A DNA stretch of 64,000 bases from Mobula hypostoma (taxonomy: Eukaryota), in NCBI RefSeq assembly GCF_963921235.1, contig NC_086097.1:160272001-160336000 (forward strand), read 5' to 3'. Each line of letters opens with the position of its first letter. Within the stretch, counting starts at the first letter, position 1. The translations under genes were made by a program, and so were the position numbers. The notes below the pieces were generated by a model. That model ran no database searches. It saw only the letters and a program-made list of their open reading frames with translations, and was not told where the DNA came from. Shown here in pieces: positions 62,306 to 64,000 of this stretch.

Positions 62306-64000
62306 GTGCAACAGTCAATTTTTATTCATTCATTTTTCATGTTGAAATAAAATTAAATAATGAAACTTAGAATTAAAGGTGTGAAGTATTGTAATATTCT
62401 TAAAGAAAGACAGCTATGATCTGTTTGATATGCTAGTTATAGAGTTTTCTTGTTTGAATTAATTTGAAAGTTTGACAAAAGTATTTTGTGTAATTCAAAT
62501 GCAATTAGTCCAAATAAGAGGCCTCAAATTGGAAGTACAATCTGAGCTGTTTTTTCTCTAAACGATTTAGTAGGTAGATCTAGCCTTTCACCAAGGTCAA
62601 GGTAGGGGATCTTGGGCTTAAAAAGGTTGGTGACCATTACTCTAGAAGATCTGCATACTCAGGAGGAACTCGAGGCAGCTCAGCAGAGGTAGGAAGGTAG
62701 ATCTGGAGAGGCAGGAAGGCAAATGGCCCGACAGCGAGAAGACCTTCGGTGGAGTGCACCAGTGAATTTGTGGGTTGTGGAAGACCAGCCAGGAGTGTCC
62801 TAAGATCAATGGGAACTCAGGAGAATGAATAAGGTGAAACTGAATATTGTTAGTATGCTGTTCTATGTGTAGATAGGTGGGAGCAGTGAAGTGAAAGATC
62901 CTCCCAGGACTCAGAGGTCTTCCGTCCAGAGCCATGTCTATAATCGGTTGTTCAAGACAGGGGATGTCTTGCTAACCCGAGGTCCATGAAATTGGAAACT
63001 GTTCCCAAATCCATGAAGGATCTAAGCCCATGTCACTGTTCACCCCAAGAAATGGAGGTGCAAACCCGGGAGGAATGATGGTACCTGTCACAGATCTCCC
63101 TTGGATGGTTTCCTGATGGAAATGGCCTAGCTCACCAGAGTAGAGACATTCATTTGTTGGTCCCACTCAGCTTAAGAAAGTCGACTTCTGCCCAGTTGCA
63201 GCAGCTCCTCTGGAAGAAGTTGAGGGGAACTGCAGGTACTCATCACCTTGCTGAGGACGATGAGTCTGGAGGGGCTTGGAGACCGGCAGCTCTCGAGGAC
63301 TCACTGCAGCACTCTCTTCTCCTTTCCTGGAGAAGATTATTAGCCCGTATCAATGAGGGTCTCAAGATCTTCAACTGAGTCTCTGGCTGCCAAAACATCT
63401 TTAATTACACTTGATAACCCATGGTAAAACATGGCTATCAGGACTATAGTGTTCCAACCACTCTCTATCGCCAGAGTGCAGAACTCATTTGATAGTCAGC
63501 CATGCTATGGGTACTCTGACAAAGTTGGAGGAGTCAGCTGTCCACCTCTCATGCATTGATTTGGTGATCAAACACCCTCTTCCATCTCTACCTGGTGACG
63601 AGTCACAGGTAGTCACAACTCTGCATAACTTGGAGAGGTTTCTCCCAGAGCACCATGGCCTACACAAGAACTTTGCCAGAGAAGAAAGAGATAATAAAGG
63701 CCACCTTGCCTTAGATAGAGGGGATCTTGGTGCATCGCAGCTCAAAAGCCTGAGAGTACTGAGTGAGAAACCTTTTACATGTCTCTGCATTGTCACCAAA
63801 TTGCTCAAGTGCCGACAGGTTGAGAGACCCCGGAGTGGGGAGGCAGCAGGGGCTTGCTGGCTCAACCAGGTGATTTCAGTGAGTGTCTGCAGGGTAGTAA
63901 GGATTTGCTGGAGCACATACTCCTGTTCACTCACCATGACTTCCTGGCTGACCAGCACTGGCTGGAGATGCTCATACCTGGTGGTTGCCAGGCTGGGCTG

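Larger units (their letters stand above)
60604..62639 (+). mobile_element. Internally deleted hAT (Charlie/SPIN-like) DNA transposon
   Basis: TIRs TAGTGGTCGCCAACC / GGTTGGTGACCATTA; perfect 8-bp TSD CTCTAGAA at 60596-60603 and 62640-62647; transposase remnants CVCMLC, FSLQFDESLD, ITIDGAPAM, FGSTYLCEIAFSQM. Confidence 0.95.
59680..64000 (-). mobile_element. Degraded Ty3/Gypsy (sushi-type) gag-pol region, running off the right edge and interrupted by a hAT
   Basis: RT ORF 60022-60405 (IFTKLDLKNAYNLV, YEYLVMPFGLVNNP, VFVYLNDIL); protease C-half ALDGRPL..PLILGHSWL..HNPQIHW (62642-62935); knuckle remnant CLYSGELGHF; gag-like sequence 63380-63950. Confidence 0.9.

Noticed and set aside
1..64000. 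A novel multi-gene or prokaryote-like system (operon, CRISPR array, defence island, viral insert)
   Set aside because: There are no long intact ORFs, no regularly spaced repeat-spacer array and no gene-dense segment. The RT and nuclease motifs all belong to known vertebrate transposon classes.
59680..64000. Domesticated PEG10/RTL1-like gene
   Set aside because: Multiple frameshifts and stops, a mutated catalytic motif (YLND rather than YLDD) and a hAT insertion in pol indicate a dead retrotransposon.

Overview
This is repeat-dominated eukaryotic (vertebrate) DNA. The repeat mix (CR1 LINEs with TTCTATGT-type tails, Rex1/Babar-like LINEs, Penelope-like elements, V-SINEs, Deu-domain SINEs) suggests a cartilaginous fish, probably a ray; that is an inference from recalled repeat families, not a database result. 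I recognise no intact host protein-coding gene. The interpretable ORFs are frameshifted or stop-interrupted transposon fragments or their antisense shadows, so the window looks intergenic or deep intronic. Well-delimited features are: a 1.6-kb Tc1 (DD34E, long TIRs, TA TSD); a 5'-truncated Penelope-like element; several ~200-bp Penelope-terminus mini-insertions with hammerhead-ribozyme remnants and 14-15 bp TSDs; three solo LTRs; an internally deleted 2.5-kb Gypsy element; a three-level nest (palindromic MITE inside a Charlie-type hAT inside a Gypsy pol); and a tRNA-Lys-derived pseudogene with a Glu (TTC) anticodon. Weak splice-signal clusters could be lncRNA exons. I found no convincing new biological system; the mini-Penelope/hammerhead insertions and the anticodon-switched tRNA are the best leads. 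Boundaries without a stated TSD or TIR are approximate.
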